14,924 bases of DNA, taken from NCBI GenBank assembly GCA_051439505.1, contig JBFRWI010000106.1, positions 1-14,924 on the forward strand. Direction: 5' to 3'. The notes under the pieces were generated by a model. That model had not been told where the DNA came from. It was given only the letters and a program-made list of their open reading frames with translations, and ran no database searches. The stretch is from Hormoscilla sp. Lineage in GTDB: Bacteria > Cyanobacteriota > Cyanobacteriia > Cyanobacteriales > Desertifilaceae. Of this stretch, positions 1 through 8,417 are shown in pieces (within the stretch, counting starts at the first letter, position 1; every line of letters begins with the position of its first letter). Position numbers and translations under genes: made by a program.

Positions 1-126
1 AGAGGGGGGTTTCCAGTCGGCAGCATAGATGGTGGCAAAAGTCAAGCCCACGGAGGTATTCAAACAGCGAAACCCTTGCTCCATAAGGCTTTCACGATTG
101 TAAAGAATTATGTGAGTAATGGTAAG

Positions 127-187
127 CCTTAAGAAGGGGGGCAACCGGTGCGCCCCCCCTTTTGCAAGGGGGGGTTTGGGGGGGATC
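127..187. repeat. Cyanobacterial CCCCCCTT...AAGGGGGG palindromic dispersed repeat (one partial unit plus one full unit)
   Basis: CCCCCCCTT-TTGC-AAGGGGGGG inverted repeat at 153-174 followed by TTTGGGGGGGATC; a truncated unit CCTTAAGAAGGGGGG at 127-141. Confidence 0.7.
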
Positions 188-216
188 CCGCTGCAACAAA
201 TGCATGACCACACCCC

Positions 217-336
217 TTGGGAACGGGTGCGGCGTCAGGACCGCTGTGGACTTATTCACTAGCATTCGATACGAGAACCAATGTACGCAAAGGAATCATT
301 GCTATAGATTTAGAGAGGTGGGAATATGATGATTAA
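217..336 (+). pseudogene. Probable 3' remnant of a gene translationally coupled to the HTH gene (C-terminus ...FDTRTNVRKGIIAIDLERWEYDD*)
   Basis: Stop-free frame 208-336 with no ATG; its TAA (334-336) lies just inside the start of the HTH gene (ATG 326/329). The KGIIAIDL tail resembles, from memory, DUF6932-like proteins found upstream of such HTH genes. Not verified. Confidence 0.35.
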
Positions 337-846
337 AAGTGAGCAAGAATATCAGAACACATTAGATTGGTTGCGGCGGTTTGAACAGACCGTAGCTAAA
401 ATAGATAGCGATCAAAAATTGAAAGCTGACGACCCAATGCGCTGGCAAATGTATCGAAACTCGTATCAGCGTCAAGTTGACGATTTCAAATATGAAATTG
501 CCGAATATGAAAGAGTAAGAGATTGTGACAAAAAGCCGGTTTTGCAAATCCAAGTTGAGAATTTAAATAAACTGCCATTGGTTTTAATGAAAGCCAGGAT
601 GGCTGCCAAAATTAGCCAGGAAGAATTAGCGGAGACACTGGGGATTTCCTCACAGCGGGTGAAGGAGTATGAAGATACAGATTATCAATGTGCCAGTTTT
701 GGAGAGATGATTGATGTCAGCGTCGCTTTGTGGAATTTGAAAAGGCTGTAATGCGGGTTGATTTTGAGGAAATAGAGGAAGTAGCACAGATCGCGAAAGA
801 AAGGCAAGAGGAAAAAAGAAAGAATGCAATGACAGCGCCGGGCTGA
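326..846 (+). pseudogene. XRE-family helix-turn-helix protein (antitoxin-like), frameshifted near 730; truncated ORF 326..751
   Basis: MIKSEQEYQ N-terminus and KARMAAKISQEELAETLGISSQRVKEYED HTH; GAGAGG RBS upstream. After VSVAL the protein-like reading continues in another frame (730-846: VEFEKAVMRVDFEEIEEVAQIAKERQEEKRKNAMTAPG*). Confidence 0.7.
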
Positions 847-878
847 GCGATCGGGATAATAGTTGTAAACTATATTGT

Positions 879-937
879 TAGTCGGTTTTAACCGACTTTA
901 GCTATTAGCCGGGGGTTTGAACCCCCGGCGGGCTAAC
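879..937 (-). repeat. Double-hairpin dispersed repeat, copy 1 (downstream of galE)
   Basis: AGTCGGTT-TT-AACCGACT (880-897), GCCGGGGGTT-TG-AACCCCCGGC (908-929), then GGGCTAAC; related copies at 8418 and 10651. Confidence 0.9.
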
Positions 938-968
938 AGCGAAGTGAAGTGCGAAGTAAAGGAATTTA

Positions 969-1964
969 TTACCCGTGCCGCTGCTGATGCCACTGCCAAG
1001 CGTGGGCGATAATTCGATCTAGGTCTGGGTATTGGGGAGTCCAGTTGAGGATGGTTCTGGCCCGGGAACTGCTACCCACCAGAACGGGTGTATCGCCCGC
1101 ACGCCGATCGCACTCGAAGGCAGGAATTTCTCTACCGGTAACTGTTCTAGCGGTATCAATCACTTGCTTGACAGAAAAACCATTACCATTGCCCAGGTTA
1201 AAGGCTTCACTATCTCCCCCATCCAGCAGATATTCCAGACCCAAAACATGGGCCCTTGCCAGGTCGGCGACGTGAATGTAGTCCCGCACGCAAGTGCCAT
1301 CGGGAGTGGAGTAATCTGTACCAAAAATAGACAGAGATTCCCTTTTGCCTAAAGCAGTTAGCAAGGCCAGGGGAATGAGGTGAGTTTCGGGCTTGTGATC
1401 TTCCCCCAGCAAACCACTCGGGTCGGCCCCGGCGGCGTTAAAATAACGGAAACAGACTGACTTGAGGCCGTAAGCCCGATCGCAATCTGCCAGAATCCGT
1501 TCTACCATAGCTTTACTAGCGGCGTAGGGACTCAGAGGATTGTGGGGGTGATCTTCGGGAATGGGCAGGATCTGGGGTTCGCCATAAATAGCGCAGGTGG
1601 AAGAAAAGACAATCCGTTTCACCCCCGCTGCTACCATAGCTTGCAGCAGGGTTAAGGTGCCGCTAACATTGTTCTGGTAGTACATCGCGGGCTCTTGGAC
1701 CGACTCGCCCACGGCGATAAAGGCCGCAAAATGCATGACTGCCTGAATGTTGTGGGTGGCAAATAACTGGTCCAGCAAGGCCCGATCGCTCGTATCCCCA
1801 ACAACTAGCTTGACACCGAGCACCCGATCGACTAAATCTTGATGCCCGTAGACCAAATTGTCTAAAATGATCGTATCATAGCCAGCGCTCTTCAGCGCTA
1901 GCACGGTATGGGAGCCAATATATCCAGCCCCGCCGGTAACGAGAATAGTGGGTAATTGCGACAA
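969..1964 (-). CDS. galE: UDP-glucose 4-epimerase
   Basis: ILVTGGAGYIGSH Rossmann motif, HFAAFIAVGES, FSST, YAASK (YxxxK), RYFNAAGA, DGTCVRDYIHV. Likely TTG start at 1964 with GAGGGG RBS; the longer ORF start at 2294 overlaps ppk2. Confidence 0.95.
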   Translation of the reverse strand: MSQLPTILVTGGAGYIGSHTVLALKSAGYDTIILDNLVYGHQDLVDRVLGVKLVVGDTSDRALLDQLFATHNIQAVMHFAAFIAVGESVQEPAMYYQNNVSGTLTLLQAMVAAGVKRIVFSSTCAIYGEPQILPIPEDHPHNPLSPYAASKAMVERILADCDRAYGLKSVCFRYFNAAGADPSGLLGEDHKPETHLIPLALLTALGKRESLSIFGTDYSTPDGTCVRDYIHVADLARAHVLGLEYLLDGGDSEAFNLGNGNGFSVKQVIDTARTVTGREIPAFECDRRAGDTPVLVGSSSRARTILNWTPQYPDLDRIIAHAWQWHQQRHG

Positions 1965-2062
1965 GTTGAATCCCCTCTGGTGAAATATTTCCGCTTTTAG
2001 ATTAACGCGCCTTGGTGGGAATTCGTCTCTGGACGCGACTGGAAAATAAAGAAAAAAGATAG

Positions 2063-3559
2063 ATGCTTGATAACCTAGATCTGAATCTTTCCCTAGATAA
2101 GGAGACATACTCCGCAGAAATAGAAGCGCTGATGCGCCAGTTGCGATCGCTACAGCAAAATTGTTGGGAAAAAAAGCTGTCCGCGATCGTGGTGCTAGAA
2201 GGTTGGGCCGCAGCGGGCAAAGGTGCCCTGGTGAAAAAAGTAGTGGGATACATGGATCCCCGTGGGTTTGCAGTCCACCCGATCTGGCCGCCAACTCCCC
2301 AAGAACAAAAGTATCCGTTTTTATGGCGGTTTTGGCAGAAGTTACCCAGGTATGGCAGTATCAGTTTATTCTATCATAGCTGGTATACCCACGTGCTGGA
2401 AGACAGGCTGTTCGATCGGGTTTCAGAATCGGAAATTCCGACGATCATGCGGCATATTAACGCCTTCGAGCGCCAAATGGCAGATGATGGAGTGGCGATC
2501 GTCAAATTTTGGATCCACCTGAGCAAGAAAGAACTGAAGCGGCGGTTGAAAAAATACGCCGAAGACCCCCTAGATGCCTGGCGAGTGCGATCGGAGGACT
2601 GGCAGCAGGTGAAGAATTATGAAAAGTATACTGCCTTTGCCGAAGAAATGCTGATTCAAACCAGCACTGGTCCGGCCCCCTGGACATTAGTAGAGGGAGA
2701 CTCTCAGCGTTGGGCGAGGGTGAAGGTCTTAACTACAATTGCCTCTACCATTAGGGAAGCTTTAGATAAACGCCAAAGTTTTGTCCCCGCGCCCACCTTG
2801 CCTCCCCAGGAAAAGCTAGAACCGACCGAACCGGACTTCTTGGCGAGGGTAGATCTCAACGAGTCTCTGTCATCGGAGGAATACAAAAAGCAGTTAAAGC
2901 AAGAACAGGTAGCTGTACGCCAGTTGCAGAAGAGTATTTTCCAACATCAGGTGCCAGTGCTGTGCCTCTTTGAAGGTTGGGATGCTGCTGGTAAAGGGGG
3001 AGCAATCAAACGCTTGACCGATAACCTGGACCCCCGCAGCTATGAAGTTACCGCCTTTGCGGCCCCCACAGATGAAGAAAAAGCCCATCACTACCTGTGG
3101 CGGTTCTGGCGCGATCTGCCCACGGCGGGCAAGATTGGCATTTTTGACCGCAGTTGGTACGGACGAGTATTTGTGGAGCGAATTGAAGGTTTTGCTACGG
3201 AAGCTGAATGGCGTCGGGCCTACCGGGAAATTAATGAGTTTGAAGCCCAGTTGACTGATGCGGGTTATGTTTTAGTTAAGTTTTGGCTGCACATTAGCCC
3301 CGACGAGCAGATGCAAAGATTTACCGCACGCCAGCAAGACCCGTTTAAGCAATATAAACTGACAGAGGAAGATTGGCGGAATCGGGAAAAATGGTCGAAG
3401 TATGATGTAGCGGTCAATCAGGCGATCGGGCGCACGAGCACGCCGAGGGCACCTTGGACGATCATTCCTGCTAATGACAAGCATTACGCGCGCGTGAAAG
3501 TGATTCAGACAGTGGGTGAGGCAGTTGCAGCTCAACTGAAACATCCCGATCTCCTATAA
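2063..3559 (+). CDS. pap: Polyphosphate:AMP phosphotransferase (two-domain class II PPK2)
   Basis: 498 aa with tandem PPK2 domains. The C-terminal domain has canonical EGWDAAGKGG and FDRSWYGRV; the N-terminal domain is degenerate (EGWAAAGKG, FYHSWY). Confidence 0.93.
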   Translation: MLDNLDLNLSLDKETYSAEIEALMRQLRSLQQNCWEKKLSAIVVLEGWAAAGKGALVKKVVGYMDPRGFAVHPIWPPTPQEQKYPFLWRFWQKLPRYGSISLFYHSWYTHVLEDRLFDRVSESEIPTIMRHINAFERQMADDGVAIVKFWIHLSKKELKRRLKKYAEDPLDAWRVRSEDWQQVKNYEKYTAFAEEMLIQTSTGPAPWTLVEGDSQRWARVKVLTTIASTIREALDKRQSFVPAPTLPPQEKLEPTEPDFLARVDLNESLSSEEYKKQLKQEQVAVRQLQKSIFQHQVPVLCLFEGWDAAGKGGAIKRLTDNLDPRSYEVTAFAAPTDEEKAHHYLWRFWRDLPTAGKIGIFDRSWYGRVFVERIEGFATEAEWRRAYREINEFEAQLTDAGYVLVKFWLHISPDEQMQRFTARQQDPFKQYKLTEEDWRNREKWSKYDVAVNQAIGRTSTPRAPWTIIPANDKHYARVKVIQTVGEAVAAQLKHPDLL

Positions 3560-3650
3560 TTTTCCCGATCGGGCAATGCTATTGTGCTGGCTAACAACAC
3601 AGATAATCGTCGGGATACTGAATGATAGTTGGTAATCTTTGTAGAGGTGG

Positions 3651-3673
3651 GAAGAGAAACCCTGTTTCTCTTC
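3651..3673. terminator. Hairpin between the convergent pap and Uma2 genes (possible terminator or AGAAACC..GTTTCT repeat family member)
   Basis: GAAGAGAAAC-CCT-GTTTCTCTTC, perfect 10-bp inverted repeat; no clear U-tract. Confidence 0.45.
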
Positions 3674-3691
3674 TAGGCCCTGATGAGCACT

Positions 3692-4411
3692 TTAAAGTTC
3701 ATCGGGATTAACACCCAATTCCCTCAATTTAGCGCGATAGCGCGATCGCAGTTCCCGTTCTTGTTGCAGAAGTTCAATTCCCCACAGCAACATCAGTCCA
3801 GCTTCATCCCACCACCGCAACCAGTAACCGCTGCGATTTGCTTTTTCACCTTGCCATACTCCTAGGGATAACCCCATCCCTGGGATGGGGTAGCGTCCGT
3901 TAGTATCCGCAGGAGACGCTTGTTGATATTTGCCTTGGGAGTTGAGTTGATAAACCTCAAGCCATCCCCGATCGGGATCGAAGATAGCATAAGTAGGAAT
4001 TTGCAAGATCTGCTCGTAGTAGTACCATTTTCCTGGGGGATACTTGGATTTAATCGAGTATTCGCCGCCTTCTGTGTCCGATAAGAACTCGATTGCAATT
4101 ATTGGCACTTCCCCTTCTGTGTTAGGGGTATAGCTGCGACGAGTTTGATTTGGTAAGTTTGGTGGTGTCACCGCTCGCACGTAAAACCAATCCGGCGCTT
4201 TAATTACCGCTTTTCCATCTACGGTAGCGCAGATCCCGCAATTAGTGCCAATTAATGCCAGGGGTGAAATGCGTCCAGCGATTTCCAAGCTTTCGGTTAA
4301 TGCTGCTGCTAGCGGGGGTTGATTGAAGTTGTCCACGGGATCGTCTGGTATAGGAAAATCAGGAGGTAATTTCTCCCAAGTGATTATCGGTTGACTGATA
4401 GTTATGGGCAT
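3692..4411 (-). CDS. Uma2-family (DUF820) PD-(D/E)XK endonuclease-like protein
   Basis: ITWEKLPPDFPIPDDPVDN N-terminus, KAPDWFYV, IEFLSDT, KWYYYEQILQIPTYAIFDP, WLRWWD and the LRELGVNPDEL tail typical of cyanobacterial Uma2 proteins. Confidence 0.9.
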   Translation of the reverse strand: MPITISQPIITWEKLPPDFPIPDDPVDNFNQPPLAAALTESLEIAGRISPLALIGTNCGICATVDGKAVIKAPDWFYVRAVTPPNLPNQTRRSYTPNTEGEVPIIAIEFLSDTEGGEYSIKSKYPPGKWYYYEQILQIPTYAIFDPDRGWLEVYQLNSQGKYQQASPADTNGRYPIPGMGLSLGVWQGEKANRSGYWLRWWDEAGLMLLWGIELLQQERELRSRYRAKLRELGVNPDEL

Positions 4412-4530
4412 GAGAACTTTTCCTGCGTGCTGTTATCACTATTATGGGGGAGGACTCTGGTATCTTGCCATGTACTCCATTCCTCTACCTCTGCCCATCC
4501 CCATTCAGCAACTACATTACTACTCTACCA

Positions 4531-5628
4531 CTACGCGACCGGTGCGGTGCCCATTTTTTTCAGCCAGCGATAGTTAGCGACGATCGTTTCCCCAAAAGTA
4601 TCGTAGACATTGTATTTTACTCCATATTCCTCGCATAATTCTGCCAGAATTGGAGCTATCTTGGGATAATGGATATGACATACATGGGGAAACAAGTGAT
4701 GCACCACCTGATAATTGAGTCCTCCCAGATACCAGTTCAGGAACCAATTCTTGGGGGCAAAATCTACCGCTGTCTTGACTTGAAATATTGCCCATTCATC
4801 ATCGATCTTGTTTGTTTCCACATCCGGTTGGATAAACTCTGCTGGTTCTAGCACGTGGGCCACCATAAACACCACGCAAATCCACAATCCATAGGTCATG
4901 TATGTGATTGTACAACCAATGATTGCTTCTAGAGGACTATATCCTACCGCGATCGGGATGCCAATAAAAAATCCCAGCCAAACTAGCTTAAATCCCAGCA
5001 ATGTTATCAGTTCTAATGTTTTTGGTTCCGGGATAATATTGTCTTGGTATTTGCGCTTGAACAAGATCAAATCTACATCCGCTACCGACCAATAAAACGG
5101 TATAATTGGATACACAAACCAAATAAATATATGTTGGAATTTGTGATACCATTTGGGCTCCATACTGGGTGACATCCGCACTAACTCATTGCCATGAATT
5201 TCCACATCATAACCCAATATATTGGTATAGGTATGATGCAGAAAGTTATGGCGAAATCGCCATAAATAACTTGACACTCCGATGAAGTCGTAAATTAAAC
5301 CGATCGTCCGATTAACCCGATGGCTGCTAGAGTAACCACCGTGATTGGCATCATGTCCGACACTAAAGCCCACCCCCGCGATCGCGAATCCGAGGATAAC
5401 ACAGCCCAGCACTTTCATCCAGTAAACTGAGGGCCCAAAGAGGGTAAATGCCCAGGCGGAAAACATCCAGCTTAAAATGATTACTGTTTTGAGATACATC
5501 GCTGGGTTATCTCGGGGCGCCATATTCTCAGATGCAAACATTGCATCAACTCGTCGATTCAGTTCTTTCCTGAATCCCACATTTTTGCCAAAGGTTACTC
5601 GTCCCTGGACTGGTGTCACTGTTGTCAT
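4531..5628 (-). CDS. desD: Acyl-lipid delta-6 fatty acid desaturase
   Basis: His boxes HDANH, HNFLHH and QVVHHLFP (front-end type). VTFGKNVGFRKELNRRV and RDNPAMYLKT match recalled Arthrospira/Synechocystis DesD. ATG 5628 preferred; alternative start 5661. Confidence 0.88.
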   Translation of the reverse strand: MTTVTPVQGRVTFGKNVGFRKELNRRVDAMFASENMAPRDNPAMYLKTVIILSWMFSAWAFTLFGPSVYWMKVLGCVILGFAIAGVGFSVGHDANHGGYSSSHRVNRTIGLIYDFIGVSSYLWRFRHNFLHHTYTNILGYDVEIHGNELVRMSPSMEPKWYHKFQHIFIWFVYPIIPFYWSVADVDLILFKRKYQDNIIPEPKTLELITLLGFKLVWLGFFIGIPIAVGYSPLEAIIGCTITYMTYGLWICVVFMVAHVLEPAEFIQPDVETNKIDDEWAIFQVKTAVDFAPKNWFLNWYLGGLNYQVVHHLFPHVCHIHYPKIAPILAELCEEYGVKYNVYDTFGETIVANYRWLKKMGTAPVA

Positions 5629-5713
5629 CCTTACCTGCCTCGATAATCGTTGCCTTGCCATTATATCCTATTGAGGCCACCGAACACAATTTTCCGAGGG
5701 AGACCCTCATGCC

Positions 5714-5760
5714 GATCTTGTCCGCCGGTTAGTTGCCAAGACCGACCGGTGGACAAGGTC
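5714..5760. other. Long imperfect hairpin in the pfkA-desD intergenic region
   Basis: GATCTTGTCCGCCGGTTAGTT pairs with GACCGACCGGTGGACAAGGTC, about 21 bp with four G-T pairs and one mismatch. Confidence 0.6.
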
Positions 5761-5774
5761 CGCCAGTCTGTTTT

Positions 5775-6854
5775 TTAGTCTCCCAGGCAAATACCCAAAC
5801 CTCTAGCTGTTTTGACTAGAGTACCCTCGGGGTTGACTTTCCGGTAGTCAGCGATCGCCTCGGCAATGGGAACGCTAACCACTTGCCTATTTTGCCAAGT
5901 CACCATCCGATCGTACTGGCCTTGAGCGATCAAATCAACTGCCGCCACGCCAAACGCTGAAGCTGTTAAGCGATCGAGAGGTGAGGGTATCCCCCCCCGC
6001 TGGGTATGTCCTAACACGATGACTCGCGTTTCGGCACCACTACACAGAGAAATTTTATCTGCCAAATATTCACCAATGCCACCATAGCGAGATTCCCCCA
6101 AAGCCTTGGTCTTGGTAACGGGCGTACCATCTTCGGTGCAAACTGCTTCTGAGACAATTATTAATGAGTAATTTTGGCCTCGATCCTGACGTTCTCTAAT
6201 TTGGTGACATATTTTATCAATTTTGTAACGAATCTCCGGAATCAGGATTACGTCAGCACCCCCAGCAATTCCCGCACTGATGGCGATATGTCCCGCATCC
6301 CGTCCCATGACTTCCAGGATCATCACCCGATTATGACTAGCAGCTGTAAAATGCAGGCGGTCCAGGGCTTCGGTAGCAATATTAACAGCCGTGTCGAAAC
6401 CGATGCATTTTTCGGTGATGCCGATGTCATTATCGATGGTTTTGGGTATGCCGATCAGATTGAGATTGCCCTGCTGGGCCAGGCGTTGGAGAATGGCCAG
6501 ACTGCCATCGCCGCCAATGCCGATCAGGGCCTCTAGCCCTAACTGGCGGTATCCGGCGATAATTTCCGACGATCGATCTTTCTCCGTTCCATCTGGCATC
6601 GGGTATGCAAAGGGGTCGCCCTTATTGGTAGTCCCTAACATTGTTCCCCCAATTGTCAACAAATTCTCCACACTGTTGATATCCAGGGCGATCGCCTGGG
6701 GGGGATCTTCCATTAAGCCCTTAGTCGCTTGGCGAATGCCCCACACTTCGTAACCAGAACCTGTAGCATGCAATACCACAGCCCTGATGACGGCATTTAA
6801 GCCAGCACAGTCGCCGCCACTGGTGAGGATGCCGATACGTTTGGTTTCTCCCAT
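5775..6854 (-). CDS. pfkA: 6-phosphofructokinase (PfkA family)
   Basis: IGILTSGGDCAGLNAVIR, GGTMLGT, IGGDGS, PKTIDND, EVMGRDAGHIA, LGHTQRGG motifs. Confidence 0.95.
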   Translation of the reverse strand: MGETKRIGILTSGGDCAGLNAVIRAVVLHATGSGYEVWGIRQATKGLMEDPPQAIALDINSVENLLTIGGTMLGTTNKGDPFAYPMPDGTEKDRSSEIIAGYRQLGLEALIGIGGDGSLAILQRLAQQGNLNLIGIPKTIDNDIGITEKCIGFDTAVNIATEALDRLHFTAASHNRVMILEVMGRDAGHIAISAGIAGGADVILIPEIRYKIDKICHQIRERQDRGQNYSLIIVSEAVCTEDGTPVTKTKALGESRYGGIGEYLADKISLCSGAETRVIVLGHTQRGGIPSPLDRLTASAFGVAAVDLIAQGQYDRMVTWQNRQVVSVPIAEAIADYRKVNPEGTLVKTARGLGICLGD

Positions 6855-6942
6855 CTTCTATCGAGTTAACTACATTTAGCTGTAAAATTAAAGTCTATTA
6901 CTAACTATTGCAGCAAATTACATTTTTACTTAATCTTCTCGG

Positions 6943-7884
6943 ATGCAAGATAGTTCTCTGTTAGGATGCCCTGTGATTCCCGTGGCACCGGAGGGGTTTC
7001 GATCGGGCTTTGTCGGCATTATTGGACGCCCGAATGTGGGCAAGTCTACCATCCTGAATCAGCTAGTGGGGCAAAAAATTGCCATCACTTCGCCGGTGGC
7101 ACAGACGACGCGCAACCGCTTGCGGGGCATCTTGACTACACCGGCAGCCCAGCTAATTTTTGTGGATACTCCAGGGATCCATAAACCCCATCATCAGTTG
7201 GGGAAGGTGCTGGTGCAAAATGCCAAAATGGCCATTAAGTCGGTGGATCTGCTGCTGCTTGTGGTGGATGCTTCGGTGCCGGCGGGTGGGGGCGATCGCT
7301 ACATTGTGGATCTGCTGGCCCAGACCAAGATACCCGTTATTGTCGGATTGAACAAAAGCGATCTGCAACCTGCTGATTACCAGCAGCTGGATGCCAGTTA
7401 CGGGCAGTTTGCTGAGGCCCGAAATTGGCAAATTGTCAAGTTTTCGGCAATAACCGGTTCGGGATTGGAACAGTTACAAAGGTTATTAATTGAGCAGCTA
7501 GAACCGGGACCCTACTATTATCCCCCAGAGTTGGTTACGGATCAACCCGAACGTTTTATTATGGGGGAATTGATTAGAGAGCAAATTTTGCACCTGACTC
7601 GGGAGGAAGTCCCCCACTCGGTAGCTATTGAGATTGAAAGGGTTTCCGAAGAATCCCAAATTACTCGGGTTTTTGCTGCTATTCACGTGGAACGGGATTC
7701 TCAAAAGGGAATTTTGATTGGCAAGAAGGGCGCTATGCTGAAGGCGATCGGGGCTGCGGCGCGGGAACAAATACAGAAATTAATTGCGGGTCAGGTATAT
7801 CTAGAGTTATTCGTCAAGGTGCAACCTAAGTGGCGACAGAATAGACTGCGCTTGGCAGAGTTGGGCTATAGCGTGGAGAATTGA
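6943..7884 (+). CDS. era: GTPase Era
   Basis: GRPNVGKST, QTTR, DTPG, NKSD, IREQIL..TREEVPHS and KH domain SQKGILIGKKG...VYLELFVKV. Confidence 0.97.
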   Translation: MQDSSLLGCPVIPVAPEGFRSGFVGIIGRPNVGKSTILNQLVGQKIAITSPVAQTTRNRLRGILTTPAAQLIFVDTPGIHKPHHQLGKVLVQNAKMAIKSVDLLLLVVDASVPAGGGDRYIVDLLAQTKIPVIVGLNKSDLQPADYQQLDASYGQFAEARNWQIVKFSAITGSGLEQLQRLLIEQLEPGPYYYPPELVTDQPERFIMGELIREQILHLTREEVPHSVAIEIERVSEESQITRVFAAIHVERDSQKGILIGKKGAMLKAIGAAAREQIQKLIAGQVYLELFVKVQPKWRQNRLRLAELGYSVEN

Positions 7885-7898
7885 AAATATGGTGAATG

Positions 7899-7940
7899 GC
7901 TAATTGCTAATTGCTAATTGCTAATGGCTAATTGCTAATT
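7899..7940 (+). repeat. Heptamer tandem repeat (GCTAATT)x6, STRR-like
   Basis: Three GCTAATT, one GCTAATG, two GCTAATT, directly after the era stop codon. Confidence 0.92.
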
Positions 7941-7992
7941 GTTAGGGGTGTGGTCATGCGTCAGTTGGGACGGGGAGATCCTCGCGGGGGCC

Positions 7993-8086
7993 GGGCGAAG
8001 CATTCGGGAAGGAGATCTATCTCGTGATGTCATCATTTGTCGCCCGAATGCTAGCTGCTGCGCAGCCGCTGCGCTAGCGCCCCTAC
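7993..8086. repeat. REP-doublet (REPIN-like) element copy A with a short insertion in the right arm
   Basis: GGGCGAAGCATTCGGG (7993-8008) ... CCCGAATGCT[insert]CGCCCCTAC (8043-8086). Confidence 0.75.
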
Positions 8087-8187
8087 AGGGTATCCGACAG
8101 TTGAAATATCCCAGAAACGCTCAATGGGTTTTGACCACACCCCTGCCAGACAGCAACGGGTTGCACTGCATATTTGCCAATATATCT

Positions 8188-8261
8188 GTAGGGGCGAAGC
8201 ATTTGGGCGATAATATAGGTCGTCTATCGACAAATTTCCTATCCAAATGCTTCGCCCGTGC
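8188..8261. repeat. REP-doublet (REPIN-like) element copy B
   Basis: GTAG start; perfect 15-bp arms GGGCGAAGCATTTGG (8192-8206) and CCAAATGCTTCGCCC (8243-8257) around a 36-bp spacer. Confidence 0.8.
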
Positions 8262-8417
8262 GCAAGTGAGATGCACCCGACAGCAACAGGCGATCGCGCA
8301 CATCAGCCAGTGTACGGCGTGATTTAATTTCTGATATTACCCGATAATTTATGCCCCTACCGCATCCATAACGGGCGATCGGGCTTGATATTTGATCGCC
8401 CAAACCGACAATATTTC

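Noticed and set aside
1965..2294. 110-aa N-terminal extension of the galE ORF
   Set aside because: Overlaps pap on the opposite strand and is not GalE-like; a TTG start with RBS exists at 1964.
3692..4411. Uma2 gene as a defence system or mobile element
   Set aside because: Solitary member of a highly expanded cyanobacterial family; no partner methylase, terminal repeats or other defence genes nearby.
4470..4530. C-rich low-complexity tract between Uma2 and desD
   Set aside because: No consistent repeat unit or stable stem could be defined.
7939..8322. 127-aa ORF and the antisense 60-aa ORFs in the era downstream region
   Set aside because: They run through palindromic repeats and have no recognisable motifs; probably spurious.
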